From Paucibacter sediminis (GTDB lineage: Bacteria; Pseudomonadota; Gammaproteobacteria; Burkholderiales; Burkholderiaceae_C): 64,000 nt of DNA. Both the position numbers and the translations under genes were made by a program. The DNA lies in NCBI RefSeq assembly GCF_030254645.1, contig NZ_CP116346.1:2419973-2483972 (forward strand), written 5' to 3'. This document shows positions 1-9,432 of this stretch, piece after piece (within the stretch, counting starts at the first letter, position 1; every line of letters starts with the position of its first letter). A model generated the notes under the pieces. That model did not search any database. It was not told where the DNA came from and was given only the letters and a program-made list of their open reading frames with translations.

Positions 1-1424
1 TCGGGTTGGCGCTGATCCTGCTGTTTGGCCGCAGCGGTGTTGTAACCGGCTGGGTCTCGGCCTGGTTCGACGTGGCGCCAGGCCGTGGCCTCTATGGCTT
101 CTATGGCGTATGGCTGGCGCAGTTGCTCTCGTTCACGCCGATCGCTTTCATGGTGCTGATCGGCGTGGTTGAGGGCGTGAGCCCTTCTGTGGAGGAGGCG
201 TCGCAGACCTTGGGTGGCTCGCGCTGGACCACATTCTGGCGGGTCTCGTTGCCCCTGATGCGTCCGGGCCTGGCAAATGCCTTCCTGGTGGCCTTCATCG
301 AGAGCATGGCCGACTTTGGCAACCCGATGGTGCTGGGCGGCAATTTCGGAGTGCTGTCCACCGAGATCTACTTTGCCATTGTCGGCGCGCAGAACGACGC
401 CGGCCGTGCCGCGGGTCTCGGCCTGATCTTGCTCTGCTTCGCCGTTGCAGCCTTCGTGGCACAGCGGCGCTGGGTGGGCAAGAAGTCATACGCCACCGTC
501 ACCGGCAAGGCCGACAACGGCCAGCATGCCGGGCTGGACAAGCGCATGTCCATGGCGCTCGCCCTGCTGGTGAGTCTGTGGACGGCCTTCACCCTGGTGC
601 TCTACGGCATGATCCTGGCCGGCGGCTTCGTCCACCAATGGGGCCGCGACAACAGCTTCACCCTGCGCCACTACAGCGACGCCTTCGGCATCAGCTTCGG
701 CGAGCAGGGCCTGCGCTGGGTCGGTACCGCCTGGGACTCGCTGTTCACCACCCTGGCCATCGCCGGCATCTCCGCCCCGCTGACGGCCGCCCTGGGGCTG
801 CTTGCCGCCTGGCTGCTGGTGCGTCAGCGCTTTGCCGGCAAGGCAGCATTCGAGTTCGCCACCATGCTCAGCTTCGCGATACCGGGCACGGTGATCGGTA
901 TCAGCTACATCCTGGCCTTCAACGCGGCACCGATCGAGCTGACCGGTACAGGCTCCATCCTGGTGTTGTGCTTTGTGTTCCGCAATATGCCGGTGGGACT
1001 GCGCGGTGGCGTTGCGGCCATGAGCCAACTGGACGGCAGTCTCGACGAGGCCTCGACCATGCTGGGTGCCAACAGCTTCACCACCGCCCGGCGGGTCGTG
1101 TTGCCGCTGATGCGACCGGCGCTGACCTCGGCCCTGGTCTACAGCTTCGTGCGCTCCATCACCTCCATCAGCGCCGTGATCTTCCTGGTCAGCGCGAAAT
1201 ACAACATGGCCACGGCCTACATCGTCGGCCTGGTCGAGAACGGTCAATACGGCATCGCCATCGCCTACGCGAGCGCGCTGATCGTGGTGATGTTGCTGTG
1301 CGTGCTAGTCGCGCAAAAGCTGGTCGGCCAGCGCCGCTTGCGGCGTGTCGAGCGCGTGCAGGGCGCGGCGCCTCAAGCCACACCGACCCCCAGTGAATTA
1401 GTTTTGAAGAAGGTTCAATCATGA
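1..1424 (+). CDS. ABC transporter permease, two-domain FbpB/PotB-like (5'-partial; start lies upstream of the window)
   Basis: ORF 6..1424, 472 aa, hydrophobic, with duplicated permease signature regions. Its stop overlaps the ATPase start (ATGA). Confidence 0.8.
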   Translation, partial: GLALILLFGRSGVVTGWVSAWFDVAPGRGLYGFYGVWLAQLLSFTPIAFMVLIGVVEGVSPSVEEASQTLGGSRWTTFWRVSLPLMRPGLANAFLVAFIESMADFGNPMVLGGNFGVLSTEIYFAIVGAQNDAGRAAGLGLILLCFAVAAFVAQRRWVGKKSYATVTGKADNGQHAGLDKRMSMALALLVSLWTAFTLVLYGMILAGGFVHQWGRDNSFTLRHYSDAFGISFGEQGLRWVGTAWDSLFTTLAIAGISAPLTAALGLLAAWLLVRQRFAGKAAFEFATMLSFAIPGTVIGISYILAFNAAPIELTGTGSILVLCFVFRNMPVGLRGGVAAMSQLDGSLDEASTMLGANSFTTARRVVLPLMRPALTSALVYSFVRSITSISAVIFLVSAKYNMATAYIVGLVENGQYGIAIAYASALIVVMLLCVLVAQKLVGQRRLRRVERVQGAAPQATPTPSELVLKKVQS

Positions 1425-2503
1425 AAGCCGACAACTCGTCCGCGATGACGGCCGGCCTGGCCTCGGGGGCCCTGGTCTTCGATCAGGTGAGCAAGCAGTA
1501 CGGCTCGGTCACTGCCGTCGACAACGTCTCGTTCAGCATTCCCAAGGGCGATCTCGTCACCTTGCTGGGTCCGAGCGGCTGCGGAAAGACCAGCACCTTG
1601 CGACTGATCGCCGGGCTGGAACACGTAAGCCGCGGGCGCATCCTGATTGGAGGACAGGACGTAACTCGTCAGTCCGCCATAGAGCGCAATGTCAGCATGG
1701 TGTTCCAGTCTTACGCCCTGTTTCCTCATATGACGGTGCAGGAAAACGTGGCCTATGGCCTGGAAGTGGGCGGAGCCCGCAAGACGGAGGCCAAGGAGCG
1801 CGCCATCGAGGGCCTGCGCTTGGTAGGTCTGGCCGACTTCGGCCCACGCCTGCCGAGCGAACTCTCAGGTGGGCAACAGCAACGCGTGGCGGTGGCGCGC
1901 GCGCTGGTGCTGGAACCCCAGGTGCTGCTGCTCGACGAGCCGCTGTCCAACCTCGACACCAAGCTGCGTCGCCGTGTGCGCGACGAGATCCGTGAGATCC
2001 AGCAGCGATTGCGGCTGACCGCCGTCTACGTAACCCATGACCAGGAAGAAGCCTTGGCCGTGTCAGACCAGATCATTGTGATGAACAAGCAGAAAGTAGC
2101 CCAGCAGGGCAGCCCGCGTGACCTGTTCGAAACCCCGGCCGATGAGTTCGTGGCCGACTTTATCTGCGACGCCAATCTGGTGGCGGGCGAGTTGCAGGGC
2201 GAGGCCTGCGAGATCGGCGGCATTAAGCTGCAACTGGCCAATCCGCGGCGCTATCGTGGCGCCGTGCGCGTTGCCGTGCGCCCCGATGCGATGCGCTTGC
2301 GCCCGGCTGCTGCTAACGATCCACTGGTGGGGGCGGTGCTGCACGCGGCCTTCCTCGGCACCGAGATGCAATACACCCTGGCCTCGCCCTTGGGAGAACT
2401 GTTCGTGCGTCAGGCCGAGGTGCGCCGCCCCCTGGCGGTCGGATCCTCTGTCGCCATCGATTTCGCAGACCACGGCCTGTGCGTTGTCGGAGGCCAGGCA
2501 TGA
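1421..2503 (+). CDS. ABC transporter ATP-binding protein (FbpC/PotA-like)
   Basis: Walker A GPSGCGKTS, ABC signature LSGGQQQRVAVARAL, Walker B LLLDEP, and a C-terminal TOBE-like domain. Translationally coupled to the upstream permease. Confidence 0.85.
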   Translation: MKADNSSAMTAGLASGALVFDQVSKQYGSVTAVDNVSFSIPKGDLVTLLGPSGCGKTSTLRLIAGLEHVSRGRILIGGQDVTRQSAIERNVSMVFQSYALFPHMTVQENVAYGLEVGGARKTEAKERAIEGLRLVGLADFGPRLPSELSGGQQQRVAVARALVLEPQVLLLDEPLSNLDTKLRRRVRDEIREIQQRLRLTAVYVTHDQEEALAVSDQIIVMNKQKVAQQGSPRDLFETPADEFVADFICDANLVAGELQGEACEIGGIKLQLANPRRYRGAVRVAVRPDAMRLRPAAANDPLVGAVLHAAFLGTEMQYTLASPLGELFVRQAEVRRPLAVGSSVAIDFADHGLCVVGGQA

Positions 2504-3327
2504 TGCTGCTGCAGGATCGCTATGAACTGGCCCGCAGCGTGGCCCGCGAGGCCGGCTTGCGCGCGCTGGAGATGTTCCGCCGCCGCGATGAGCTGGTGAT
2601 CGAATCCAAGGGTTTGCAGGACATGGTCAGCGCTGCCGATCAGGACACCGAGGCCTTTATCCGCCAGCAAGTGCTGGCCCGTTTCGCCGCCGATGGATTC
2701 CTCGGCGAGGAAGGCGGCCTGGACCGCGGCGATGCCGATTTCCTCTGGGTCATTGATCCGATTGACGGCACTGCCTGCTTCGTCAACGGCATGCATGCTT
2801 GGTGCTTGTCGATCGGCGTGCTGTGCCAGGGGCGGCCGGTCATCGGCGTCGTCTACGACCCGAACAGCGACGAGATGTTCCATGCCGCACAAGGGCAGGG
2901 CGCGTTTGCCAATGCCAAGCGCCTGCAGGTGCATTCGGCCGCCCGGGTCAGTGAGGGTGTGCTCGGCGTGGGCTTCTCACATCGGGTGCCGGTTGATGCC
3001 TTCGTGCCCTTTCTTGGCCGTGTGTTGGCCGATGGAGGCATGTTTATACGCAATGGTTCGGGTGCCTTGATGCTGGCCTATGTGGCCGCGGGGCGCTTGA
3101 TCGGCTACTACGAGCCGCACATCAACGCCTGGGACTGCCTGGCGGCCATCGTCTTGCTGCAGGAGGCTGGCGGAGTCGTCAACGATTTTCTGGCTGATGG
3201 GGGACTGCAGCACGGCAATCCAATCATCGCCGCCGGGCCGGCGCTGTACCCGCAGTTGCTGGCGCTGATCGCCCCGGAGTCCTGCAGCCCGCCGCTGCAG
3301 TCCAACAAATTGCCAGCGCTTTTTTGA
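2500..3327 (+). CDS. Inositol monophosphatase family protein (SuhB-like)
   Basis: IMPase motifs WVIDPIDGT ... GVVYDP. The ATG at 2500 overlaps the ATPase stop, and GGAGG lies upstream. Confidence 0.75.
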   Translation: MMLLQDRYELARSVAREAGLRALEMFRRRDELVIESKGLQDMVSAADQDTEAFIRQQVLARFAADGFLGEEGGLDRGDADFLWVIDPIDGTACFVNGMHAWCLSIGVLCQGRPVIGVVYDPNSDEMFHAAQGQGAFANAKRLQVHSAARVSEGVLGVGFSHRVPVDAFVPFLGRVLADGGMFIRNGSGALMLAYVAAGRLIGYYEPHINAWDCLAAIVLLQEAGGVVNDFLADGGLQHGNPIIAAGPALYPQLLALIAPESCSPPLQSNKLPALF

Positions 3328-3425
3328 GCCCTGAAATGCACACGTGTGCATTGCCTTTGCGATACCTGCCCGATACCGCCCGGGCCAACAAATCAATCAA
3401 GGCGGGCAGCCTACGGAGACATGGC

Positions 3426-5051
3426 ATGACGACAACAGCAATCCTCTCGCGACTCTGGGTCGCCGCCGCACTAACGGCGGGACTGGCCGCATGCGGTGGC
3501 GGTGACGACACCAGCACACAGACCCCGCCTCCGCCTGCACCGCCGCCGGCGCCGACCAATTTCTACTACCAGACCAAGACGCCTTACGCGCCGCAGCAGG
3601 ACGCGGCCAGCTACGAGGCGCCGCCCAGCGGCTTCAGCACCGTCTTCACCGAACTGGTGGCGCGCCATGGCTCGCGCGGCCTGTCCAGTCTGAAGTACGA
3701 CCTGGCGGTCTACAACATGTGGCTCAAGGCGGCATCCGAGGGGGCGCTGACCGATCTGGGCCTGAAGCTGGGCCCCGACGTCCTGAAGCTGATGAAGGCC
3801 AACTTCCTGCTCGGCTACGGCGTGCCTGGCATCAGCAAACCCGGCTACGGCAACGAGACGCAAGTCGGCATCGACGAGCACACCAACCTGGCCAAGCGCC
3901 TGCTGAGCCGCCATGCCGCGTTGTTCGAGCAGGTGGTCGGCACGGCCGCCACCAGCCCTCGGCGTATCGAGGTCGTGACCTCGGGCGTGGACCGTGCCGT
4001 GGACAGCGGCGCCTTCTTCGTCAAGGGCATGTTGGCCACGCAGCCCAAGCTGGCCGAGCTGGTCAGCTACCCGGCCGCGCCCGGCCCCTACCCGGTCAGT
4101 GCACCGGTGGCGCAGCCGGCCGGCACCGACCGCTTCCTGCTCTATTTCCACAAGCTGGTGGCGGCGACCGATCTGGTAAGCAACGCCTCCGATCCGCTCT
4201 ACACCACTTACCAGGACAGCCTCGCCTTCCAGAAGTGGCTGAAGGACGCCGACCTGGCGGCCAAGCAGGCGGCCATCCTCGCCGACCCGGCGGCCAAGAC
4301 GGCCGGCCGCGTCGTGCTGGAGCGCCTGTTCACCAAGGCCTTCGTCGACAAGATCGAGTCCGGCGCCTACAGCTTTGCCAACACCGGCAGCTTCACCTAC
4401 AGCAGTGCCGATGGCAAGTTCACCAGCACCCTCAGCGGTGACGGCGAAACGCCCATCGGCAATCTGGCCGAGGCGGCCTCGCGCATCTACGAGCTGTATG
4501 TGATCGCTCCGGCGATGAAGGCCGAGGCCGGTGTCGACTTCTCGCCCTATATGCCGCTGGAGCAGGCCAAGTACTTTGCCTTCACCCAGGACGCGGCCGA
4601 CTTCTACAAGATGGGCCCCGGCATCACCGAGAAGGGCAGCGTCACCTGGAAGATGGCCCAGCACCTGGAGGATGACTTCTTCAACCAGGTTGATGCCATC
4701 GCCAAGGGCCAGCTGGGCAAGGTCGCCAAGCTGCGCTTCGCCCATGCCGAGATCATCATTCCCTTCGCCTCGAAGATGGGCCTGAAGAACGTGCTGCAGC
4801 AGGTGCCGCTGGCCACCATGTACAGCTACGAAAACAACCCCTGGCGTGGTGACTATGTCTCGCCGATGGCGGCGAATATGCAGTGGGACGTGGTGCGCAA
4901 CGCCAGCGGCACCCTGCTCGTGAAGATGCTCTTCAACGAGAAGGAAACCGACTTCAAGGCCGACTGTGATGGCGCTCGCTATGCCGCCAACAGCCACTTC
5001 TACGACTACACGAAGCTGAAGGCCTGCTACGGCCACACGCCGGCGCCCTGA
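3426..5051 (+). CDS. Secreted lipoprotein, histidine-phosphatase (branch 2) -like, putative phosphatase/phytase
   Basis: GGAGA RBS then ATG 3426. Lipobox LAAC, Pro-rich linker, RHGSRG motif (cf. RHGxRxP). No clear HD motif, so function is tentative. Confidence 0.45.
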   Translation: MTTTAILSRLWVAAALTAGLAACGGGDDTSTQTPPPPAPPPAPTNFYYQTKTPYAPQQDAASYEAPPSGFSTVFTELVARHGSRGLSSLKYDLAVYNMWLKAASEGALTDLGLKLGPDVLKLMKANFLLGYGVPGISKPGYGNETQVGIDEHTNLAKRLLSRHAALFEQVVGTAATSPRRIEVVTSGVDRAVDSGAFFVKGMLATQPKLAELVSYPAAPGPYPVSAPVAQPAGTDRFLLYFHKLVAATDLVSNASDPLYTTYQDSLAFQKWLKDADLAAKQAAILADPAAKTAGRVVLERLFTKAFVDKIESGAYSFANTGSFTYSSADGKFTSTLSGDGETPIGNLAEAASRIYELYVIAPAMKAEAGVDFSPYMPLEQAKYFAFTQDAADFYKMGPGITEKGSVTWKMAQHLEDDFFNQVDAIAKGQLGKVAKLRFAHAEIIIPFASKMGLKNVLQQVPLATMYSYENNPWRGDYVSPMAANMQWDVVRNASGTLLVKMLFNEKETDFKADCDGARYAANSHFYDYTKLKACYGHTPAP

Positions 5052-5082
5052 GTCGCAGCGTTTCGCTCCCAAGGAGAATCCA

Positions 5083-6471
5083 ATGAAAGCAAGACTCAGC
5101 GCCGCAGCGCTGGCCGCCGCCGTCGCCCAGCTGCTGGCCGGCTGTGCCGCATCGACCGGCCCCTCGGCACAAGACCCGGCCCCCGATCCCAAGCTCGCCA
5201 AGATCGGTCAGATCGTCGTCGTCTACATGGAGAACCGCAGCTTCGACCATCTGTTCGGCCTCTATCCCGGCGCCAACGGCCTTGCCCAGGCCCGGGCCGA
5301 GGGCCGCACCGTGCAGACCGACAGGGACGGCAAGCCCTATGCCCAGCTGCCGGTGCCCCTGGCCGACAAGAACGGCAAGCCCGATGCGCGGCTGCTGGAT
5401 CCGATTCCCAACGGCCCGTTTGCACTGGAGCCGCGGGTGGCGCTGAACCAGCCCATGTTCAGCCCCATTCACGCCTATTACGCCAACCAGCGCCAGATCA
5501 ATGGCGGGCGCAACGACCGCTTCGTCGCCGAGGGCAATAGCGGCGGCCTGCTGATGGGCTATTACGACGGCAGCCAGATGGGTTTGTGGAAGCTGGCCCA
5601 GCGCTTCACCCTGGCCGACAACTTCTTTCAATCGGCCTTTGGTGGCTCCTTCCTGAACCACTTCTGGCTGGTCTGCGCCTGCACGCCGGTGTTCCCCGAC
5701 GCCCCGGCCACTATCAAGGCAGTGGACGAGGCCGGCAATGTGCCGGGCAGCCACGAGGAGGCCTATGTCACGACCGACGGTCATGCGGTCAACACGATGC
5801 AGGGCAGCTGGCTCTACGACCCGACGAAGAAGCAGGCACTGCTGCCGCCGCAAAGCCTGCCGACGATAGGCGACCGGCTGAGCGACAAGGGCATTGCCTG
5901 GGCCTATTACGCCCAGGACTATCAGCGCGCGGTGGCGGCCACGGCGGCGGGCAAGGGACTGTCGAGCTTCTCCTACCACCACCAGCCCTTCACCTTCTTC
6001 AAGCGCTTCATCGACAGCCCGGCGCAGCGCGCCACCCATCTGAAGGACCGCGAGGATTTCATCGCCGACGCCCGCGCCGGTCGCCTGCCACCGGTGTCGT
6101 TCTACAAGCCGACCGGCGGCAAGAACATGCACCCGGGCCGTGGCAATGTCGCCGATGGCGACGCCGAGGCAGTGGCCATCGTGCAGGAGGTGATGAACGG
6201 CCCGCAGTGGAAGAACACCGTCGTCATCGTCACCACCGACGAGAACGGCGGCTTCTGGGACCACGCCGCGCCGCCCAAGGGCGACCGCTGGGGCCCGGGC
6301 TCGCGTATCCCGGCGCTGGTGGTCTCGCCGTTCAGCGAGGGCGGCCACGTCGATCACACCCCGTACGAAACCGTGTCCATCCTGCGGCTGATCGAGGAGC
6401 GCTTCGGACTCAAGCCTCTGAGCAACCGGGATGCCAAGGCCACCAGCCTGGCACGCGCACTGAAGCTGTAA
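5083..6471 (+). CDS. Phosphoesterase family lipoprotein (PLC / AcpA acid phosphatase family)
   Basis: Lipobox LAGC. VVVYMENRSFDHLFG matches the ENRSFD motif of phospholipase C / AcpA phosphoesterases. 462 aa. Confidence 0.7.
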   Translation: MKARLSAAALAAAVAQLLAGCAASTGPSAQDPAPDPKLAKIGQIVVVYMENRSFDHLFGLYPGANGLAQARAEGRTVQTDRDGKPYAQLPVPLADKNGKPDARLLDPIPNGPFALEPRVALNQPMFSPIHAYYANQRQINGGRNDRFVAEGNSGGLLMGYYDGSQMGLWKLAQRFTLADNFFQSAFGGSFLNHFWLVCACTPVFPDAPATIKAVDEAGNVPGSHEEAYVTTDGHAVNTMQGSWLYDPTKKQALLPPQSLPTIGDRLSDKGIAWAYYAQDYQRAVAATAAGKGLSSFSYHHQPFTFFKRFIDSPAQRATHLKDREDFIADARAGRLPPVSFYKPTGGKNMHPGRGNVADGDAEAVAIVQEVMNGPQWKNTVVIVTTDENGGFWDHAAPPKGDRWGPGSRIPALVVSPFSEGGHVDHTPYETVSILRLIEERFGLKPLSNRDAKATSLARALKL

Positions 6472-6506
6472 GCACACTGCAACCATACTGAGAAAGAACG
6501 AGACAA

Positions 6507-7418
6507 ATGCAAACCCATCAAAAACTCACCGTGGCCCTGGCCGCCCTGCTGGCTCTTGGTGCCGCCCAGGCCCAGGTCAGCCTCGGCGGCCGCATCGACC
6601 AGAGTGTCGTTAAGAGCTCGCCTGGCGTCTGGCAGCTGACCCACGGCTCGGCCAACCGCATCATCTTCAAGGCCGAGGACGATCTTGGCGACGGCATGAA
6701 GGCTTACAGCTATCTGCAGCATCGCTTCCTGGGCGACACCGGGGCGCAGCGCTCGGGCCCGTTCTGGTACTACTCCTATGTCGGCATCAAGGGCCGCTTC
6801 GGCGACATCCGCCTGGGCCACCAGAAGTCGCCGCTGGACGACGCCACCGGCAGCGACTACGAGGTCTGGGACGGCGACACCGTTGCCTCCAGCTACTCGC
6901 GCATTGCTGGCGGTCAGAAGATCTGGGACAACGCCGTCAACTACACCTCGCCCGTGCTGGCCGGCTTCAGCATCAATGTCGGTGTGTCGCCCAGCGAAGG
7001 CGTGGCCAAGACCGTGCGCGGCCAGGGCTTCTCGCTGATCTACGAGATGGGCGGCCTCAGCGCCAGCCTGTCCACGCAGCGCAGCCCGACCAATGTGCAG
7101 ACCCATGGCATCGGCGGCCGCTACACCTTCGACAAGTTCCGCCTGTTCGGCACCTGGGCCAGCTCCACCCGCGTGGGTGGCAACAAGAAGCAGACCGATC
7201 TGCAGTTCAGCGCCGGCTACCAGGTCACGCCCGAGGGCGAGGCCCGGGTGCTCTACAACAGCAGCAAGCTGGTCAATGTGAAGACCGAGGTCTATGGCCT
7301 GGGCTACTTCCACTTCCTCAGCAAACGCACCGCGGTGTACGCCTCGCTGTCCGACACCCGGGCCGACAACGCCGCCACGGTCAACGCCTACCAGCTGGGC
7401 GTGCGGCACTCGTTCTGA
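6507..7418 (+). CDS. Outer-membrane porin (Gram-negative porin family)
   Basis: Signal peptide ending AQAQ, amphipathic beta pattern with alternating aromatics, C-terminal ...VRHSF (terminal Phe). Confidence 0.65.
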   Translation: MQTHQKLTVALAALLALGAAQAQVSLGGRIDQSVVKSSPGVWQLTHGSANRIIFKAEDDLGDGMKAYSYLQHRFLGDTGAQRSGPFWYYSYVGIKGRFGDIRLGHQKSPLDDATGSDYEVWDGDTVASSYSRIAGGQKIWDNAVNYTSPVLAGFSINVGVSPSEGVAKTVRGQGFSLIYEMGGLSASLSTQRSPTNVQTHGIGGRYTFDKFRLFGTWASSTRVGGNKKQTDLQFSAGYQVTPEGEARVLYNSSKLVNVKTEVYGLGYFHFLSKRTAVYASLSDTRADNAATVNAYQLGVRHSF

Positions 7419-7488
7419 TCGTTCCGACACCGGCGGCGGGCGCAGCAGTGCTCGCCGTCGTCCGACCCTCTGTTGTACCGCCCCCGCC

Positions 7489-9432
7489 ATGAGACTTTCC
7501 GATATCCCTTCAGGCCGCCGCCACGACCTGGCCTGCCTCGGCCGCCTGGCCGTGGACCTCTATGCCCAGCAGCTGGGCAGCCGGCTCGAAGACGTGAGCA
7601 GCTTCGCCAAATACCTGGGCGGCTCCTCGGCCAATATCGCCTTCGGCGCGGCGCGGCTGGGGCTGCGCGCGGCGATGATCTCGCGCGTCGGCGACGAGCA
7701 GATGGGCCGCTTCCTGACCGAGACGCTGCAGCGAGAGGGCTGCGACACCTCGCAACTGCAGATCGATCCGCAGCGCCTGACCGCGCTGGTGCTGCTGGGC
7801 CTGAAGGACCGCGACACCTTCCCGCTGCTGTTCTACCGTGAGAACTGCGCAGACATGGCGCTGGCTGCCGACGCCATCAGCGAAGACTTCATCGCCAGCT
7901 GCCGTGCGCTGCTGATCACCGGCACCCACCTGAGCACGCCCACCGTGCTGGCCGCCTCGGAGCGGGCTCTGGGCTTTGCCCAGCGCCATGGTGTGCTGCG
8001 CGTGCTCGACATCGACTACCGCCCGGTGCTGTGGGGGCTGACGGCCCGCGGCGAGGGCGCCAACCGCTTCGTCGCCGATGCAGCCGTGACCACGCGGCTG
8101 CAGGCGGTGCTGCCGCAGTTCGATCTGCTGATAGGCACCGAGGAGGAGTTCCTGATTGCCGGTGGCGTGCCCGGCGATCTGCTGGCCTCGCTGCGGGCGG
8201 TGCGGGCCGTCACCCAGGCGGCGCTGGTCGTCAAGCTCGGTGCAGCCGGCTGCTGCTTCATTGACGGCGAGATCCCGGCGCGCCTGACCGACGCCGTCAC
8301 CGTGCGCGGTGAGCGCATAGCGGTCATGAATGTGCTGGGCGCCGGCGACGCCTTCGCCGCCGGCCTGATGACGGGCCTGCTGCGCGGCCAGGGCTTCGAG
8401 CAGGCCGCGCGCCTGGCCAATGCCTGCGGCGCCATCGTCGTCTCGCGTCATGGCTGCGCGCCGGCCATGCCGACGCCGGCCGAGCTGGAGCACTGGTTCA
8501 GCGGCCAGCGGCTGCCGCGGGTCGATGCCGACGTGCAGCTGGCCCATCTGCACCGCACGACCGCGGCGCGCAAGGCCTGGCCCCAGCTCTGCGTGCTGGC
8601 CTTCGACCACCGCAGCCAGTTCTTCGAGCTGGCGCGCCAGGCCGGCGCCGACCCGGCGCGCCTGCCGGCACTGAAGCAGCTGCTGGTGCGCGCGGCCGAG
8701 CGCATCGAGACCAGCCACCGCCTGCAAGGCCAGGTCGGCGTGCTGATCGACGATGTCTATGGCGAGGACGCCTTGGCCTCGGCCACCGGTCGCGGCTGGT
8801 GGGTGGGCCGGCCCGTCGAGCTGCCCGGTTCGCGGCCGCTGCGCTTCGAGCATGGTGCCTCGCTGGCCACGCGCCTGCAGCAATGGCCGGCCGAGCAGGT
8901 CGTCAAGTGCCTGGTGCACTACCACCCAGACGACGCGACCGACCTGAGGCTTGAGCAGGAGCAGCAGCTGCGCCAGGTCTGGGACGCGACACGGGCCAGC
9001 GGCCATGAGCTGCTGCTGGAGCTGATCTCTCCGCCGGCCGTGACGCCGCCCGGCACCGCCGACACGGCCGTGCTGCGCAGCGTCAAGCGTCTCTACAACC
9101 TCGGCTTCAAGCCCGAGTGGTGGAAGCTGGCGCCCATGACGGCGGCCGGCTGGGAGGCCCTGGCCGCGCTGATCGCCGAGCGCGATCCGCAATGCCGCGG
9201 CGCCGTGATACTGGGCCTGAACAAACCGCTGGCCGAGCTCGCCGAGGGCTTTGGCCGGGCCCGCCATCCCATCGTCAAGGGCTTCATGGTCGGCCGCACG
9301 CTGTGGGCCGGGCCGGCGCTGGCCTGGCTGCGCGGCGAGTTGGATGACGAGGGCCTGGTGCGCCAGGTTTGCGGCAACTTCGCCACCCTGGTCGAGGCCT
9401 GGCGCGACGCTCGTGCGGAGGTGGCAGCATGA
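7489..9432 (+). CDS. iolC: Bifunctional 5-dehydro-2-deoxygluconokinase (PfkB) / DUF2090 aldolase-like, IolC(-IolJ) fusion
   Basis: N-terminal PfkB ribokinase-like kinase with GAGDAF. A C-terminal ~310 aa domain as in proteobacterial IolC fusions. Start chosen at ATG 7489 (MRLSDIP), downstream of the porin stop. Confidence 0.8.
   Translation: MRLSDIPSGRRHDLACLGRLAVDLYAQQLGSRLEDVSSFAKYLGGSSANIAFGAARLGLRAAMISRVGDEQMGRFLTETLQREGCDTSQLQIDPQRLTALVLLGLKDRDTFPLLFYRENCADMALAADAISEDFIASCRALLITGTHLSTPTVLAASERALGFAQRHGVLRVLDIDYRPVLWGLTARGEGANRFVADAAVTTRLQAVLPQFDLLIGTEEEFLIAGGVPGDLLASLRAVRAVTQAALVVKLGAAGCCFIDGEIPARLTDAVTVRGERIAVMNVLGAGDAFAAGLMTGLLRGQGFEQAARLANACGAIVVSRHGCAPAMPTPAELEHWFSGQRLPRVDADVQLAHLHRTTAARKAWPQLCVLAFDHRSQFFELARQAGADPARLPALKQLLVRAAERIETSHRLQGQVGVLIDDVYGEDALASATGRGWWVGRPVELPGSRPLRFEHGASLATRLQQWPAEQVVKCLVHYHPDDATDLRLEQEQQLRQVWDATRASGHELLLELISPPAVTPPGTADTAVLRSVKRLYNLGFKPEWWKLAPMTAAGWEALAALIAERDPQCRGAVILGLNKPLAELAEGFGRARHPIVKGFMVGRTLWAGPALAWLRGELDDEGLVRQVCGNFATLVEAWRDARAEVAA

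Noticed and set aside
486-1247. 253-aa minus-strand ORF and 272-aa plus-strand ORF (578..1396) inside the ABC permease gene
   Set aside because: They overlap a gene with clear permease character. Arg/Gly/His-rich composition with no domains marks them as shadow ORFs.
3471-5201. 576-aa ORF on the minus strand
   Set aside because: It is antisense to the phosphatase lipoprotein gene and is low-complexity Ala/Gly/Arg-rich. This is a typical high-GC shadow ORF with no motifs.
4954-6486. 510-aa minus-strand ORF
   Set aside because: Antisense to the PLC/AcpA phosphoesterase gene. No start context, no motifs.
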